This document shows, one piece after another, positions 9,851 to 19,612 of a stretch of DNA of 32,000 nt. The notes under the pieces are model-generated. The model was not told the origin of the DNA. It saw nothing but the letters and a program-made list of their open reading frames with translations, and ran no database searches. Numbering within the stretch: the first letter of the stretch is position 1; the number at the start of each line of letters is the position of its first letter. This DNA comes from Paracoccus suum (GTDB lineage Bacteria; Pseudomonadota; Alphaproteobacteria; Rhodobacterales; Rhodobacteraceae), in NCBI RefSeq assembly GCF_003324675.1, contig NZ_CP030918.1, forward strand, positions 90,001 through 122,000, written 5' to 3'. Both the position numbers and the translations under genes were made by a program.

Positions 9851-10372
9851 TTAGGGCTGCGCCGGCACCACCTGCACCGGGACCTGCTCGGTGTCCTCAG
9901 CCTGATCCGGGGCCGCCTTTGGCTCGGTCGTTTGCTCCTGCGGCGCACGCCCGGTGGGCAAGTCGGGCGGCGGTGGTGGCGGCAGGTGACCGACCAGGCA
10001 GCCGCGCGCGACGTCGAGGTCGCTCTGCCAGTCATCTGCCTTCAGCGGATGCTCGAAATCGGCACAGACGCGATAGCTGTCGGGCTCGACCGGCTCGAAG
10101 CGGTAAGCCGCGGCGGTATACGGGTCGGCCAGCCGCACCTCGCTCGGGCAGGCCGGCGTCGGCGCCAGTTCCGATGGCAGGCGGCGCGGGCCGTTCGTCG
10201 CGAGGCACTGCACCTGCGACGACAGGCGGCGCAGGTCATTCATCCGCGTCTCGTCGCGCCGCTCGGACCGTCCTGTCATCGGGCCGCCGGTGAACACCAG
10301 CGCCCCACCGACGCTGAGCGCGGTCAACAGTAGCAACGCGGTCGAGGCCCGCCCCTGCGTGCTACGAGACAT
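9851..10372 (-). CDS. Hypothetical membrane-anchored protein with 4 Cys, a poly-Pro tract and an acidic/Pro-rich tail
   Basis: 173-aa ORF. N-terminal hydrophobic segment ALLLLTALSVGGALVF. Cys at residues 56, 75, 103 and 125. PPPPPP run at 131-136. The ATG lies 11 nt inside the upstream gene. Confidence 0.55.
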   Translation of the reverse strand: MSRSTQGRASTALLLLTALSVGGALVFTGGPMTGRSERRDETRMNDLRRLSSQVQCLATNGPRRLPSELAPTPACPSEVRLADPYTAAAYRFEPVEPDSYRVCADFEHPLKADDWQSDLDVARGCLVGHLPPPPPPDLPTGRAPQEQTTEPKAAPDQAEDTEQVPVQVVPAQP

Positions 10373-10991
10373 CGACTTCGTCCCGCAGATAGACCAGCAC
10401 CACCCCGGCCAACAGCGCCACCCAAAGCGCCTTGGCCGCGAACCGCGCCGTCAGATCACCATTGAGAAGGGCGTAGATCGCCGTGACCAGATCCCCCAGC
10501 AGCGTCAGGGTCGCCAGCACCACCACCACCGAGGCCAGCCATTTGCGCACCAGCGAGCGCGCCTGACCCGCGTCGGTCCGCGTCTGGCGCATGACCCGAC
10601 CATTCAGCCACCAGAACACCGGCCCGAACACCACCAGCGAGGCGATCGACCAGCGCATCGCGGATCGGGGCGGGTCGTAGAAATCGCCGACATCGGGGAT
10701 CACCTGGTTGATCACCTGCCAGCCCAGCGCGCCGACGCCCCAGATGACATTGCCAAGCGCGATGAACAGCAGCCCGTACAGGACCGCGTCCCGCGCCGAA
10801 ACATAGGGCGTCGGACGCGGCACCGGCAGCGCGGCGATCCCGGCGGGCGCGGGCAGCCACGCAGCCAGCGCCGCATCGACCTCGCGCGCCGACCAGCCGG
10901 CGGCACGAAGCGCCTCGCCCAACTGCGCGGGCGGGTGCCCTTGCTTCAGCCCCTCATGGATGAATTCGGCCAGCTGTTCGCGTGACGCCAT
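10362..10991 (-). CDS. DUF5671-like multi-pass membrane protein
   Basis: 209 aa. It has a small N-terminal helical module (REQLAEFIHEGLKQGHPPAQLGEALRAAGWSAREVDAALAAW) followed by about 4 hydrophobic segments. I recognise this layout from memory as DUF5671-type, and this has not been checked by search. GAAGGGG SD sequence 6 nt upstream of the ATG. Confidence 0.6.
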   Translation of the reverse strand: MASREQLAEFIHEGLKQGHPPAQLGEALRAAGWSAREVDAALAAWLPAPAGIAALPVPRPTPYVSARDAVLYGLLFIALGNVIWGVGALGWQVINQVIPDVGDFYDPPRSAMRWSIASLVVFGPVFWWLNGRVMRQTRTDAGQARSLVRKWLASVVVVLATLTLLGDLVTAIYALLNGDLTARFAAKALWVALLAGVVLVYLRDEVDVS

Positions 10992-11084
10992 GGCCAGCCC
11001 CTTCGTTTCTCGCGGTCAGCTTGACCGGCGGGCGGTGCCTGTCAAGCATTGGCGCGAGCGCGTCCGGAAGGGTGAAAAATCCTC

Positions 11085-11113
11085 TTGCGCCCCCTGCGCG
11101 CCTCGCCTAAATG
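11085..11113 (+). promoter_or_regulatory. Candidate sigma70-type promoter for tRNA-Gly
   Basis: TTGCGC (11085-11090), a 17-nt spacer, then TAAATG (11108-11113), about 40 nt upstream of the tRNA 5' end. This is a motif match by eye only. Confidence 0.3.
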
Positions 11114-11151
11114 ACGCTCCACCGGCGGCGAAGGTCGCAAGGGACTGGAGT

Positions 11152-11226
11152 GCGGGCGTAGCTCAGGGGTAGAGCATAACCTTGCCAAGGTTAGGGTCGT
11201 GAGTTCGAATCTCATCGCCCGCTCCA
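11152..11226 (+). tRNA. tRNA-Gly (anticodon GCC)
   Basis: Folded by hand as a cloverleaf. Acceptor stem GCGGGCG/CGCCCGC, D-arm GCTCAGGGGTAGAGC, anticodon stem-loop TAACC-TTGCCAA-GGTTA with GCC at the anticodon position, T-arm GTGAG-TTCGAAT-CTCAT, discriminator T and an encoded CCA. Confidence 0.95.
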
Positions 11227-11239
11227 ATACCGACGGTAG

Positions 11240-11276
11240 AAAAACAGCGGCCCCGACGGGGCCGCTGTTTTCGTTT
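11240..11276. terminator. Bidirectional rho-independent terminator shared by tRNA-Gly (+) and rnr (-)
   Basis: AAAAACAGCGGCCCC-GAC-GGGGCCGCTGTTTTCGTTT. This is a GC-rich stem of about 11 bp, with an A-run on the left and a T-run on the right, so it reads as a terminator on both strands. It sits between the tRNA 3' end (11226) and the rnr stop (11311). Confidence 0.7.
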
Positions 11277-11310
11277 GCACTAATGCTTTCGGACGGGATG
11301 ACGGCGGCAC

Positions 11311-13575
11311 CTACCGCTCGCGCCGCACCCGTTTACGCTTCACCGACGCCGCGGTGGCCTTCGACCGCACAGTCCCGCCCCCCCGCCGCGGGCCCTTGCC
11401 GCGCGCCCTGTGCGGACCGGTGGGGACGGCGCGGCCGTCCAGCTCGACCAGTTCCAGCATCAAGCCGCCTGTCATCGGCACGGCCTCGGCCAACCGCACG
11501 GTGACCCGCTGGCCAACGGCGATTTCGGTCCCCGTGGTCGACCCCATCAGGGTCTGCCTGTCACGGTCGTAAACGAAATACTCCGCCCCGATCTCGCGGA
11601 TGGGCAGCAGCCCGTCGGCGCCGGTCTCGTCCAGTTTCACGAACGCTCCGAACCGCTGAACGCCGCTGATGCGGCCGGTCATCTCGGTCCCGACCCGCTC
11701 GGACAAAAAGGCGGCCAGGTAGCGGTCGGTGGTGTCGCGTTCGGCCAGCATGCTGCGCCGCTCGGTGTCGCTGACGTGCTGGGCGGTCTCGGGCAGCATT
11801 TCCTCGTCGGCGCTCGACAGTCCGTCGTCGCCCCAGCGATGCCCGGCGATCAGCGCGCGGTGCACGATCAGGTCGGAATAGCGCCGGATGGGCGAGGTGA
11901 AATGGGCGTAGGACCGCAGCGCCAAGCCAAAGTGCCCCAGGTTGCCCGGATGATAATAGGCCTGCTGCATCGAGCGCAGGGTAGTCACGTTGATCAGTTC
12001 ATCGAAGTCCGTGCCCTCGGCCTGCCCCAGAAGCCGGTTCAGATGCGCCGTCTTCAGTACCTGCCCCTTGGCGAGTGTAAAGCCGGACGCCTGGGCGACC
12101 TCGCGCAGCGCATCCAGCTTTTCGACCGTCGGCTCCTCGTGAACACGATACAGCAGCGGGCGCCGCAGACGCTCCAATTCCTCGGCCGCGGCGACGTTGG
12201 CGAGGACCATGAACTCCTCAATCAGGCGATGCGCGTCAAAGCGCTCGCGGAAGTTGACTGATTTCACACGACCGTCATTGGTCAGTTCGATCTTGCGCTC
12301 GGGCAGGTCCAGTTCCAGCGGCTGGCGACGCTCGCGGGCGGCCTTCAGCAGCCCATAGGCCTTCCAGAGGGGCCCGATCACATCGTCCAGCAGGGGCGCG
12401 GTCGCGTCATTCGGCGCGCCATCGGCCGCTGCCTGCGCCTGTTCGTAGCTGAGCGAGGCGCGGCTGTTCATCATGCCGCGATGAAAATCATGGCCGATCT
12501 TGTCGCCCTGCGCGTTCAGCCGCATCCGCACCGCGATCACCGGCCGATCAACGCCCTCGTGCAGGCTACACAGATCGCCAGAGAGGATATCGGGCAGCAT
12601 CGGCACGACGCGGTCGGGGAAATAGGTGCTATTGCCGCGCTTGCGCGCCTCGCGGTCCAGTTCCGAGCCGGGGCGCACGTAATGGGCGACGTCAGCGATG
12701 GCGACCCACAGGACCATCCCCTCCGGATTGGCGGGATCGTCCTCGGGCATCGCGCCCACGGCGTCGTCGTGATCGCGGGCATCGACCGGATCGATGGTGA
12801 CCAGCGGCAGCGCACGCAGGTCCTCGCGACCCGCCATGGAGGCCGGCGTTTGGGCATCTGCCTCCGCCAACACCTCTGCCGGAAAGGCGTCGGGGATACC
12901 GTGCTGGTGGATGGCGATCAGGCTGACCGCGCGCGGTGCCGATGGATCGCCCAGCCGCTCGACGATACGCGCCTGCTGGGCCCCCATGCGGCCTTTGGGG
13001 CCGACGGGCTCGGCCTCGACCAGCTCGCCATCGCGCGCGTCGAAGGTCATGCCCTCGCGCACCCGCCACTCGCGGTCCTCGCCCTTGTTGATCGGAAGGA
13101 TGCGCCCGCCCTCGGTCGCCTTGCGAAAGATGCCGACCACGCGCACGGCGGGCGCGACGCCGATGCGGCGCATCAGCCGCGCCTCGTAGTCGTGCTTTTC
13201 GTCACGCGCCTCGGTCAGCCGGGCGAGGAACCGCTCGCCTACCGCAATGGCGGGATCACTCGCGCGCGGCAGGAACAGGATTTTGGGCTCGGCCCCGTTG
13301 CCTTGCCATTCCATCGGCCGCGCCCACAGATCGCCGGCGGCATCCGGGCCGCGCAATTCCAGCACCGACACCGGCGGCAGCTTGGGGGCGTCCTGATAGT
13401 GCCGGCGGCGGCGGGCCAGGCGGCCGTCACCCTCCAGTTCGGCCAGCAGCCGCTTCAACTCGACCCGCTCGGCGCCTTTCAGGCCAAAGGCCTTGGCGAT
13501 GTCGCGCTTTGAACTGGCGGTCGGATGGGTGTCCAGCCAGTCGATGATCTCGGATTTTGAGGGGAGGCGTGCCAT
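11311..13575 (-). CDS. rnr: Ribonuclease R
   Basis: 754 aa. It has an RNB catalytic core (DPVDARDHDDAV..., HFGLALRSYAHFTSPIRRYSDLIVHR), a C-terminal S1-like region (GRISGVQRFGAFVKL) and a basic tail. Confidence 0.95.
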   Translation of the reverse strand: MARLPSKSEIIDWLDTHPTASSKRDIAKAFGLKGAERVELKRLLAELEGDGRLARRRRHYQDAPKLPPVSVLELRGPDAAGDLWARPMEWQGNGAEPKILFLPRASDPAIAVGERFLARLTEARDEKHDYEARLMRRIGVAPAVRVVGIFRKATEGGRILPINKGEDREWRVREGMTFDARDGELVEAEPVGPKGRMGAQQARIVERLGDPSAPRAVSLIAIHQHGIPDAFPAEVLAEADAQTPASMAGREDLRALPLVTIDPVDARDHDDAVGAMPEDDPANPEGMVLWVAIADVAHYVRPGSELDREARKRGNSTYFPDRVVPMLPDILSGDLCSLHEGVDRPVIAVRMRLNAQGDKIGHDFHRGMMNSRASLSYEQAQAAADGAPNDATAPLLDDVIGPLWKAYGLLKAARERRQPLELDLPERKIELTNDGRVKSVNFRERFDAHRLIEEFMVLANVAAAEELERLRRPLLYRVHEEPTVEKLDALREVAQASGFTLAKGQVLKTAHLNRLLGQAEGTDFDELINVTTLRSMQQAYYHPGNLGHFGLALRSYAHFTSPIRRYSDLIVHRALIAGHRWGDDGLSSADEEMLPETAQHVSDTERRSMLAERDTTDRYLAAFLSERVGTEMTGRISGVQRFGAFVKLDETGADGLLPIREIGAEYFVYDRDRQTLMGSTTGTEIAVGQRVTVRLAEAVPMTGGLMLELVELDGRAVPTGPHRARGKGPRRGGGTVRSKATAASVKRKRVRRER

Positions 13576-13655
13576 GCGCGCAGGCTAGCACGCGCAAATC
13601 GCCGGTGTGAGGGCAAAATCACAGCGCCGCCGTCCCGCCCGCGGCGCACGCGCCG

Positions 13656-14075
13656 CTAGAGGCGACGCACCATGTCGCGATGCGGGATGCCGGCGTCGTC
13701 ATAGACCGGGCCATACACCTCGAACCCGAGCCGCTCGTAAAAGCCGATCGCGTGGCATTGCGAGCCGAGCTTGGCCTGAGCCGCGCCGCGGTCGCGCAGG
13801 CTGGCGATCGCGGCGTTGATGAGGGCCGCGCCCGCCCCCGTGCCCCGTCCCTCAGCCAGCACGCAGACGCGCGTGATCTTTCCGGTATCGCCCTGCAGCA
13901 GCAGGCGCGCCGTGCCAATCGGACGATCCCCGTCGAGCGCCAGCAAGTGGACCGCGCCGGCATCGAGGTCGTCCATCTCGTCCGCTTCGCTGACGCCTTG
14001 CTCGTCGATGAACACCGTCCGGCGCAGCGCGTGGCAGGCCGCCAGGTCATCCGTCTCGGTCACATGCAGCGTCAT
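13656..14075 (-). CDS. GNAT-family N-acetyltransferase
   Basis: 139 aa with an acetyl-CoA-binding-type motif ([22 protein letters not shown]) and FYERLGF. The ATG overlaps the dapE stop (ATGA). Confidence 0.85.
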   Translation of the reverse strand: MTLHVTETDDLAACHALRRTVFIDEQGVSEADEMDDLDAGAVHLLALDGDRPIGTARLLLQGDTGKITRVCVLAEGRGTGAGAALINAAIASLRDRGAAQAKLGSQCHAIGFYERLGFEVYGPVYDDAGIPHRDMVRRL

Positions 14076-15220
14076 GCGAAATACCGGCGCAGAATTTCGC
14101 CATAGACCGCCTTCAGCGCGATCACATCGGCCACGTCCACCCGCTCGTCGACCTGGTGCATGGTCTGCCCGACCAGCCCGAACTCGACTACGGGGCAGTG
14201 ATTTTTGATGAACCGCGCATCCGAGGTGCCGCCGGTCGTTGACAGCGCGGGCGTCACCCCCGTCACCGCGGCGACCGCGCCCTGCACCAGATCGGTCAGC
14301 GGGCCGGGCGGGGTGACGAAACTCTCGCCTGAGATGCTGACCTCGACCGTCATCTCGACGCCCATGTCGGTGGCGACCTGCGCCGCGCGGTCCTGCAGCA
14401 TCCGGCTCAGAGAGGCACCGCTATGCGCGTCGTTGAAGCGGATGTTCAGCATTGCTCGCGCCGCGCCGGGGATCACATTGGTCGCCGGGTTGCCGACGTC
14501 AAAGCTGGTGACCTGCAGGGTCGAGGGCTGGAACTGCGCGGTGCCCGCGTCCAGGGGTTGCGCCGTCAGGCCGGCGAGCAGGCTGACCAGCGCATGCACC
14601 GGGTTGCGCGCGCGGTCGGGATAGGCGGCATGACCCTGCACCCCGCGCGCCTCGATCACCGCGTTGAGCGAGCCGCGGCGGCCGTTCTTGATCATCTCGC
14701 CCATGACCTGCGGGCAGGTCGGTTCACCCACCAGGCAGGCGCTCATGGTCTCGCCGGCATCCGTCATCCAGTCGAGGATTGCGGGCGTGCCGTCGACGGA
14801 CGAACCCTCCTCATCGCCGGTGACGGTGATGACGAGGGCGCCGTCCGCTGGCAGCGGCGATTGCGTGATGTAATCGATTGCAGCCGCAACAAATGCGGCG
14901 ACGCCGGACTTCATGTCGGCCGCCCCGCGCCCCCAGATCACGCCATCCTGAACGAGGCCGCCGAACGGCGGATGGGTCCAGTCTTGCGCCGGTCCCGGCG
15001 GCACGACGTCGGTATGGCCGTTAAAGCCAAAGCTGCGCCCGGCGCCCTTGGCTCCGATTCGCGCGAACAGGTTGGCGATGCCGCCGCGATCGCAGCGGTG
15101 AACCTCGAACCCGGCGGCCGACAGCGCATCGGCCAGCAGGGTGATTGCGCCGCCTTCTTCGGGCGTGACCGATGGGCAGCGGATCAGGCGGGCGGTCAGG
15201 TCGACCGGATCGACGGGCAT
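14072..15220 (-). CDS. dapE: Succinyl-diaminopimelate desuccinylase (M20 peptidase family)
   Basis: DapE-like throughout ([39 protein letters not shown]). I chose the start at 15220 (MPVDPVDL) because AGGA lies about 7 nt upstream. ATGs at 15226 and 15241 cannot be excluded. Confidence 0.9.
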   Translation of the reverse strand: MPVDPVDLTARLIRCPSVTPEEGGAITLLADALSAAGFEVHRCDRGGIANLFARIGAKGAGRSFGFNGHTDVVPPGPAQDWTHPPFGGLVQDGVIWGRGAADMKSGVAAFVAAAIDYITQSPLPADGALVITVTGDEEGSSVDGTPAILDWMTDAGETMSACLVGEPTCPQVMGEMIKNGRRGSLNAVIEARGVQGHAAYPDRARNPVHALVSLLAGLTAQPLDAGTAQFQPSTLQVTSFDVGNPATNVIPGAARAMLNIRFNDAHSGASLSRMLQDRAAQVATDMGVEMTVEVSISGESFVTPPGPLTDLVQGAVAAVTGVTPALSTTGGTSDARFIKNHCPVVEFGLVGQTMHQVDERVDVADVIALKAVYGEILRRYFA

Positions 15221-15300
15221 TGGCATTTCCTGTGGCGACATCGGGCGCGAAGCTGGCCGAGCCGATGGCCGAGCGCAAGCGCCCACCCGCCGACTACCGG

Positions 15301-16071
15301 TCAGATCAGCCCCAGCTCGATCGCGCGGCGCACCAGGTTAAGGCCGCTCAGCGCCAGCAGGCCCTGCGTCCAGCGGCGAAACTGGGCCACGTTCAGCCGG
15401 TCCTGCACCATGAACCCGGCGCGCATGCCGATCATCGCCGGGACCACCATCGCCAGCGATGCCCAGAGGTTCGGCCCGCTCAGCACGCCGGAGGCGAGAT
15501 GCGCGATTACCAGCGTCACCGCACCGATCAGGAACACCACGCCCTGAACCCGGATCTGCTCTTCCTTGGGGGTGTCGGTAGACAGCAGCATCACGATCAG
15601 CGGCGGCCCCCAGATGCCCGAGACGCCGCCGTAAAGGCCGCCGATGATGCCGCTGACGATCTCGAACCGGCGCAGGTGGTGAACCGGCAGTCGCAGGGAC
15701 CGCCCGGCCAGTTGCCACAGCGCGAACAGGGTGATGGGCGCGCCCAGCAGGAAATACATCCAGCTTTGCGGAATGCTGCTGGCGAAGCCGGCAGAGACGA
15801 TGATGAAGATCACCACCATAGCGATGTGCCAGCCGAACTTGCGCGTCGAGTCGATGGCGGGACCCGTGCCCTGCCGCAGCGCCTGGACGAGGTTGGTCAC
15901 CAGCGTCGGCATGATCAGCAGCGCCAGCGCCGTGGTCGGCGGCAGGAAAGAGCCGAAGGCCGACATCATGATCATCGGCATGGCAAAGCCGATCGCGCCC
16001 TTCACAAATCCCGCGAACCCCGTCACCGCGAAGGCCAGCCAGAACAGGTGCGGATCAAGGCCAAGGATCAT
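15301..16071 (-). CDS. TauE/SafE-family anion (sulfite-type) exporter membrane protein
   Basis: 256 aa, 7-8 hydrophobic segments and an internal repeat architecture. The G-rich motifs ([15 protein letters not shown]; [17 protein letters not shown]) are typical of TauE/SafE (DUF81). Confidence 0.85.
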   Translation of the reverse strand: MILGLDPHLFWLAFAVTGFAGFVKGAIGFAMPMIMMSAFGSFLPPTTALALLIMPTLVTNLVQALRQGTGPAIDSTRKFGWHIAMVVIFIIVSAGFASSIPQSWMYFLLGAPITLFALWQLAGRSLRLPVHHLRRFEIVSGIIGGLYGGVSGIWGPPLIVMLLSTDTPKEEQIRVQGVVFLIGAVTLVIAHLASGVLSGPNLWASLAMVVPAMIGMRAGFMVQDRLNVAQFRRWTQGLLALSGLNLVRRAIELGLI

Positions 16072-16258
16072 GCCGCCGGCCTAGCAGTGTGGCCTGGCCG
16101 GCGCCAGTTCGTGGCCGCGCAGCGGCGCTTGGTGTTGCTTTGCCGCCAAGGTCGCCGCTTTGCCGTCCCCATCTGTCGCCGTACGAGAGCAGCGCGCGCC
16201 GGCACGACTGAGCATCCGCTCCACTGTGCTGCCACTCGCGATTCGGACCCGGCGTCTC

Positions 16259-16972
16259 CTACCCCGCCAACCGCCGCACGAGGGCGGCTCGCGCCGGCGG
16301 GACCGGGCGGCCAATCAGCTGCGCTGCCAGCCGCGATTCGATGAAATGGCCGGTGAGGGCCAGCCCCTCGCGGAGGCCCCCGCCCGTGCCGCCCAGCAGC
16401 GTCGGAAGGGCGAGCAGGCGCGGGGCATACTCGCCCGCCCCTTCCACAGTCACGGCACGGCCGCTGCTGGGGCTGACGTATGCGAGGCCTTGGGCGTGCC
16501 CGGTCACGGCGCAGGCCGACAGATCAAGGCCAAAGCCCATCTCGTCCAGCAGCAGCATCTCGAACCGCAGATAGTCCTCGGCCCAGCCGGCGCTGCCGGC
16601 CTCGGCCTCGATCCGGTCCAACAGCGCCTCGGCCGCGGCGGCGAGGCGCGGATGCGGGTCACGCTCTGGCAAGGACCAGACCAGCAGCGCGGTGACCGCG
16701 TTCAGCCCGGCCAGCGCGGTTGCATCGGCCAACAGGTTGGCGCGGGCGCGCACCGGCTCGACCGCGAAATGACCCAACGCATCCTCGCCCCGCGCGCGCC
16801 AATGCAGCATCACGCGGCTGCCGGGCTGCAGCATCGCCGTGCGCCGGCCGCTTGCACCGCCGGGGACGAGGCCGGCGTGGCGCCCTCGGGCCGCGGTCAG
16901 CACATCCAGCAGGACCGCCGTCTCGCCATGCGGGCGGCGGCGCAGCACCGTCCCCTCCTCGCGCCATTCCAT
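16259..16972 (-). CDS. recO: DNA repair protein RecO
   Basis: I chose the internal ATG at 16972 of ORF 16259..17191. MEWREEGTVLRRRPHGETAVLLDVLTAARGRHAGLV is a typical alphaproteobacterial RecO N-terminus. The product is 237 aa. Confidence 0.9.
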   Translation of the reverse strand: MEWREEGTVLRRRPHGETAVLLDVLTAARGRHAGLVPGGASGRRTAMLQPGSRVMLHWRARGEDALGHFAVEPVRARANLLADATALAGLNAVTALLVWSLPERDPHPRLAAAAEALLDRIEAEAGSAGWAEDYLRFEMLLLDEMGFGLDLSACAVTGHAQGLAYVSPSSGRAVTVEGAGEYAPRLLALPTLLGGTGGGLREGLALTGHFIESRLAAQLIGRPVPPARAALVRRLAG

Positions 16973-17030
16973 CGCCGCTTTCCTTTGCCCTGCCCGGCGG
17001 CCAGATTGGCAGCAGCACGGCGGAAGGACC

Positions 17031-18863
17031 ATGAAAATGCTGAAACCCTGGCCCGAGGCCCAACCCCGCCTGGTCGAAGTCGCCGCTGGCCGCGCCCCGG
17101 CCGATCTGGTGATCCGCAACGGCGTCTGGCTTGCGATCCATACGCGCGAGCTGGTGCCGGCCACCGACATTGCCATTGCCGACGGCCGCATCGCCTATGT
17201 CGGCCCCGACGCCGGCCCCTGCATCGGCCCGGAGACTCAGCTGTTTGACGCCGGCGGGCGGTTCCTGATCCCAGGCCTGATAGACGCCCACATGCATGTC
17301 GAATCGGGCATGCTGACCCCGGCCGGCTTTGCCGCCGCCGTGATCCCGCACGGCACCACCACGATCTTTCACGACCCGCACGAGATCGCCAACGTCCTCG
17401 GGCTGGAGGGGGTGCGCCTGATGCGGGACGAATCGCTGCTGCAGCCGATCAGCATGTTCACCCAGATGCCGTCCTGCGCGCCCTCGGCCCCGGGGATGGA
17501 GACCTCGGGCGCCATCATCACCGAGGGCGAGGTCGCCCAAGCCATGGGCTGGGAGGGGATCATCGGCCTTGGCGAGATGATGAACTTTCCGGCCGTCGCC
17601 GCGGGCGATCCACAGATGCTGGCCGAGATCGCGGCCACCCGCGCCGCCGGCAAGACGGTCGGCGGCCACTATGCCAGCCCCGACCTGGGCCGCCCGTTCC
17701 ACGCTTATGCCGCCGGCGGCGCGGCCGATGATCACGAGACCACCACCGAGGCGCAGGCCGTCGCCCGCGTGCGCCAGGGAATGGCAGCCATGCTGCGGCT
17801 CGGCAGCGCGTGGTATGACGTCGAGGCGCAGATCACGGCAATCACCCGCTCGGGACTGGACCCGCGGCTGTTTATCCTCTGCACCGACGACAGCCATTCG
17901 GGCACGCTGGTGAACGAGGGGCACATGAACCGGGTCGTGCGCCACGCCATCGCCCATGGCTGCGATCCGCTGATCGCCATCCAGATGGCCAGCCTCAACG
18001 CCGCCCAGCACTTCGGGCTCGAGCGGGAGTTGGGCAGTCTGACCCCTGGTCGCCGCGCGGACGTGATCGTCACCTCGGACCTGACCGCACTGCCGATCGA
18101 GGCGGTGTTCGCCCAGGGGCAACTTGTCGCCGAGGACGGGCAGTTGCTGGTGGACTGCCCGCGGATCGACTGGCCCCAATCTGCACGCAACTCGGTCAAT
18201 CTGGGCAGGTTGCCCGATGCAGCAGCCTTTGGAATCGCCGCCGAGGGCACCGAGGCCGAGGTGCGCGTGATCGGCGTGATCGAAAACCAGGCCCCGACCC
18301 GCGCGCTGACCGCCACCTTGCCGGTCCGTGATGGTTTCGTGACGGCCGGGGGTGAAATTGCCCATGTCGCCGTGCTGGACCGCCACACGGCCAGTGGGCG
18401 AATCAGCCGTGGCTTTGTCAGCGGCTTTGGCTATGTCGAGGGGGTCGCCATCGCCTCCAGCGTCGCGCATGACTGCCACCAGCTGTTGATCGTCGGCACT
18501 TGCCGGCAGGCCATGGCCCGCGCCGCGGCCGAGATCGAGGAGATGCAGGGCGGCATAGCCGTCATCCGCGATGGCGAGGTCCTGGCGCGGGTCCCGCTGC
18601 CGGTGGCCGGGCTCATGTCCGATCGCCTCGCGGCCGAGGTTGCCGCCGCAGCCGAGGCCATGACCCGCGCGATGAAGGACTGCGGTTGCACGATGAATAA
18701 CGCCTTCATGCAGCATTCCCTGCTGGCGCTGGCGGTGATCCCGCAGCTGCGTATCAGCGATCTGGGGCTGGTCGACGTCGATGCCTTTGCCTTGACCACG
18801 CCGGTCATCCAGCGCGCACAAGCCCCTGCCGTTCGGCTTGCCAATGCCCCACCCCCGCCCTAG
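17031..18863 (+). CDS. ade: Adenine deaminase (amidohydrolase superfamily)
   Basis: I chose the internal ATG at 17031 of ORF 16839..18863, with GGAAGGA SD just upstream. It has the metal-binding motif GLIDAHMHVESGMLTP and FHDPHEIANV. The product is 610 aa. Confidence 0.9.
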   Translation: MKMLKPWPEAQPRLVEVAAGRAPADLVIRNGVWLAIHTRELVPATDIAIADGRIAYVGPDAGPCIGPETQLFDAGGRFLIPGLIDAHMHVESGMLTPAGFAAAVIPHGTTTIFHDPHEIANVLGLEGVRLMRDESLLQPISMFTQMPSCAPSAPGMETSGAIITEGEVAQAMGWEGIIGLGEMMNFPAVAAGDPQMLAEIAATRAAGKTVGGHYASPDLGRPFHAYAAGGAADDHETTTEAQAVARVRQGMAAMLRLGSAWYDVEAQITAITRSGLDPRLFILCTDDSHSGTLVNEGHMNRVVRHAIAHGCDPLIAIQMASLNAAQHFGLERELGSLTPGRRADVIVTSDLTALPIEAVFAQGQLVAEDGQLLVDCPRIDWPQSARNSVNLGRLPDAAAFGIAAEGTEAEVRVIGVIENQAPTRALTATLPVRDGFVTAGGEIAHVAVLDRHTASGRISRGFVSGFGYVEGVAIASSVAHDCHQLLIVGTCRQAMARAAAEIEEMQGGIAVIRDGEVLARVPLPVAGLMSDRLAAEVAAAAEAMTRAMKDCGCTMNNAFMQHSLLALAVIPQLRISDLGLVDVDAFALTTPVIQRAQAPAVRLANAPPPP

Positions 18864-18892
18864 ATAGGCGCGTCCCGCAAACGAGGCCCGCC

Positions 18893-19468
<576 letters not shown>

Positions 19469-19516
19469 GCCATACCGGGTCGGGCGTCCCAGCCCCCCGC
19501 CATCAACAGCGGTCCG

Positions 19517-19544
19517 TTGCGGCGGGGCGGGGATGACGTTATAG
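19517..19544 (+). promoter_or_regulatory. Candidate sigma70-type promoter for pyrG
   Basis: TTGCGG (19517-19522), a 16-nt spacer, then TTATAG (19539-19544), about 70 nt upstream of the pyrG ATG. By-eye motif match only. Confidence 0.25.
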
Positions 19545-19612
19545 CTTTACCCCCGTGATGCCGGCGAATTCGCGCAGCATTTCCGCCTGAACGACGACAG
19601 CACGGGGGCCAA

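Noticed and set aside
7399-10035. Very long antisense or off-frame ORFs. Examples: the 878-aa ORF opposite pyc, the 720-aa ORF at 16659..18821 opposite the adenine deaminase gene, 6211..7383, 27072..28358, 4728..6188, 844..1737 and 12481..13512.
   Set aside because: Their translations are Arg/Gly/Ala/Pro-rich low-complexity strings with no recognisable motifs. They lie opposite or out of frame to genes with unambiguous, well-known products. Long spurious open frames are expected in very GC-rich DNA because stop codons are AT-rich.
11152-11226. tRNA-Gly as an integration site for a genomic island.
   Set aside because: No integrase, transposase or phage genes flank it. The neighbours are RNase R and small membrane proteins. 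I did not notice a direct repeat of the tRNA 3' end elsewhere, but this was a by-eye scan only and was not exhaustive.
13656-14075. The GNAT acetyltransferase as a possible TacT-like toxin of a toxin-antitoxin pair.
   Set aside because: There is no small upstream antitoxin-like gene. The GNAT gene is translationally coupled to dapE (ATGA overlap) in a housekeeping context, so it is more consistent with an ordinary metabolic acetyltransferase.
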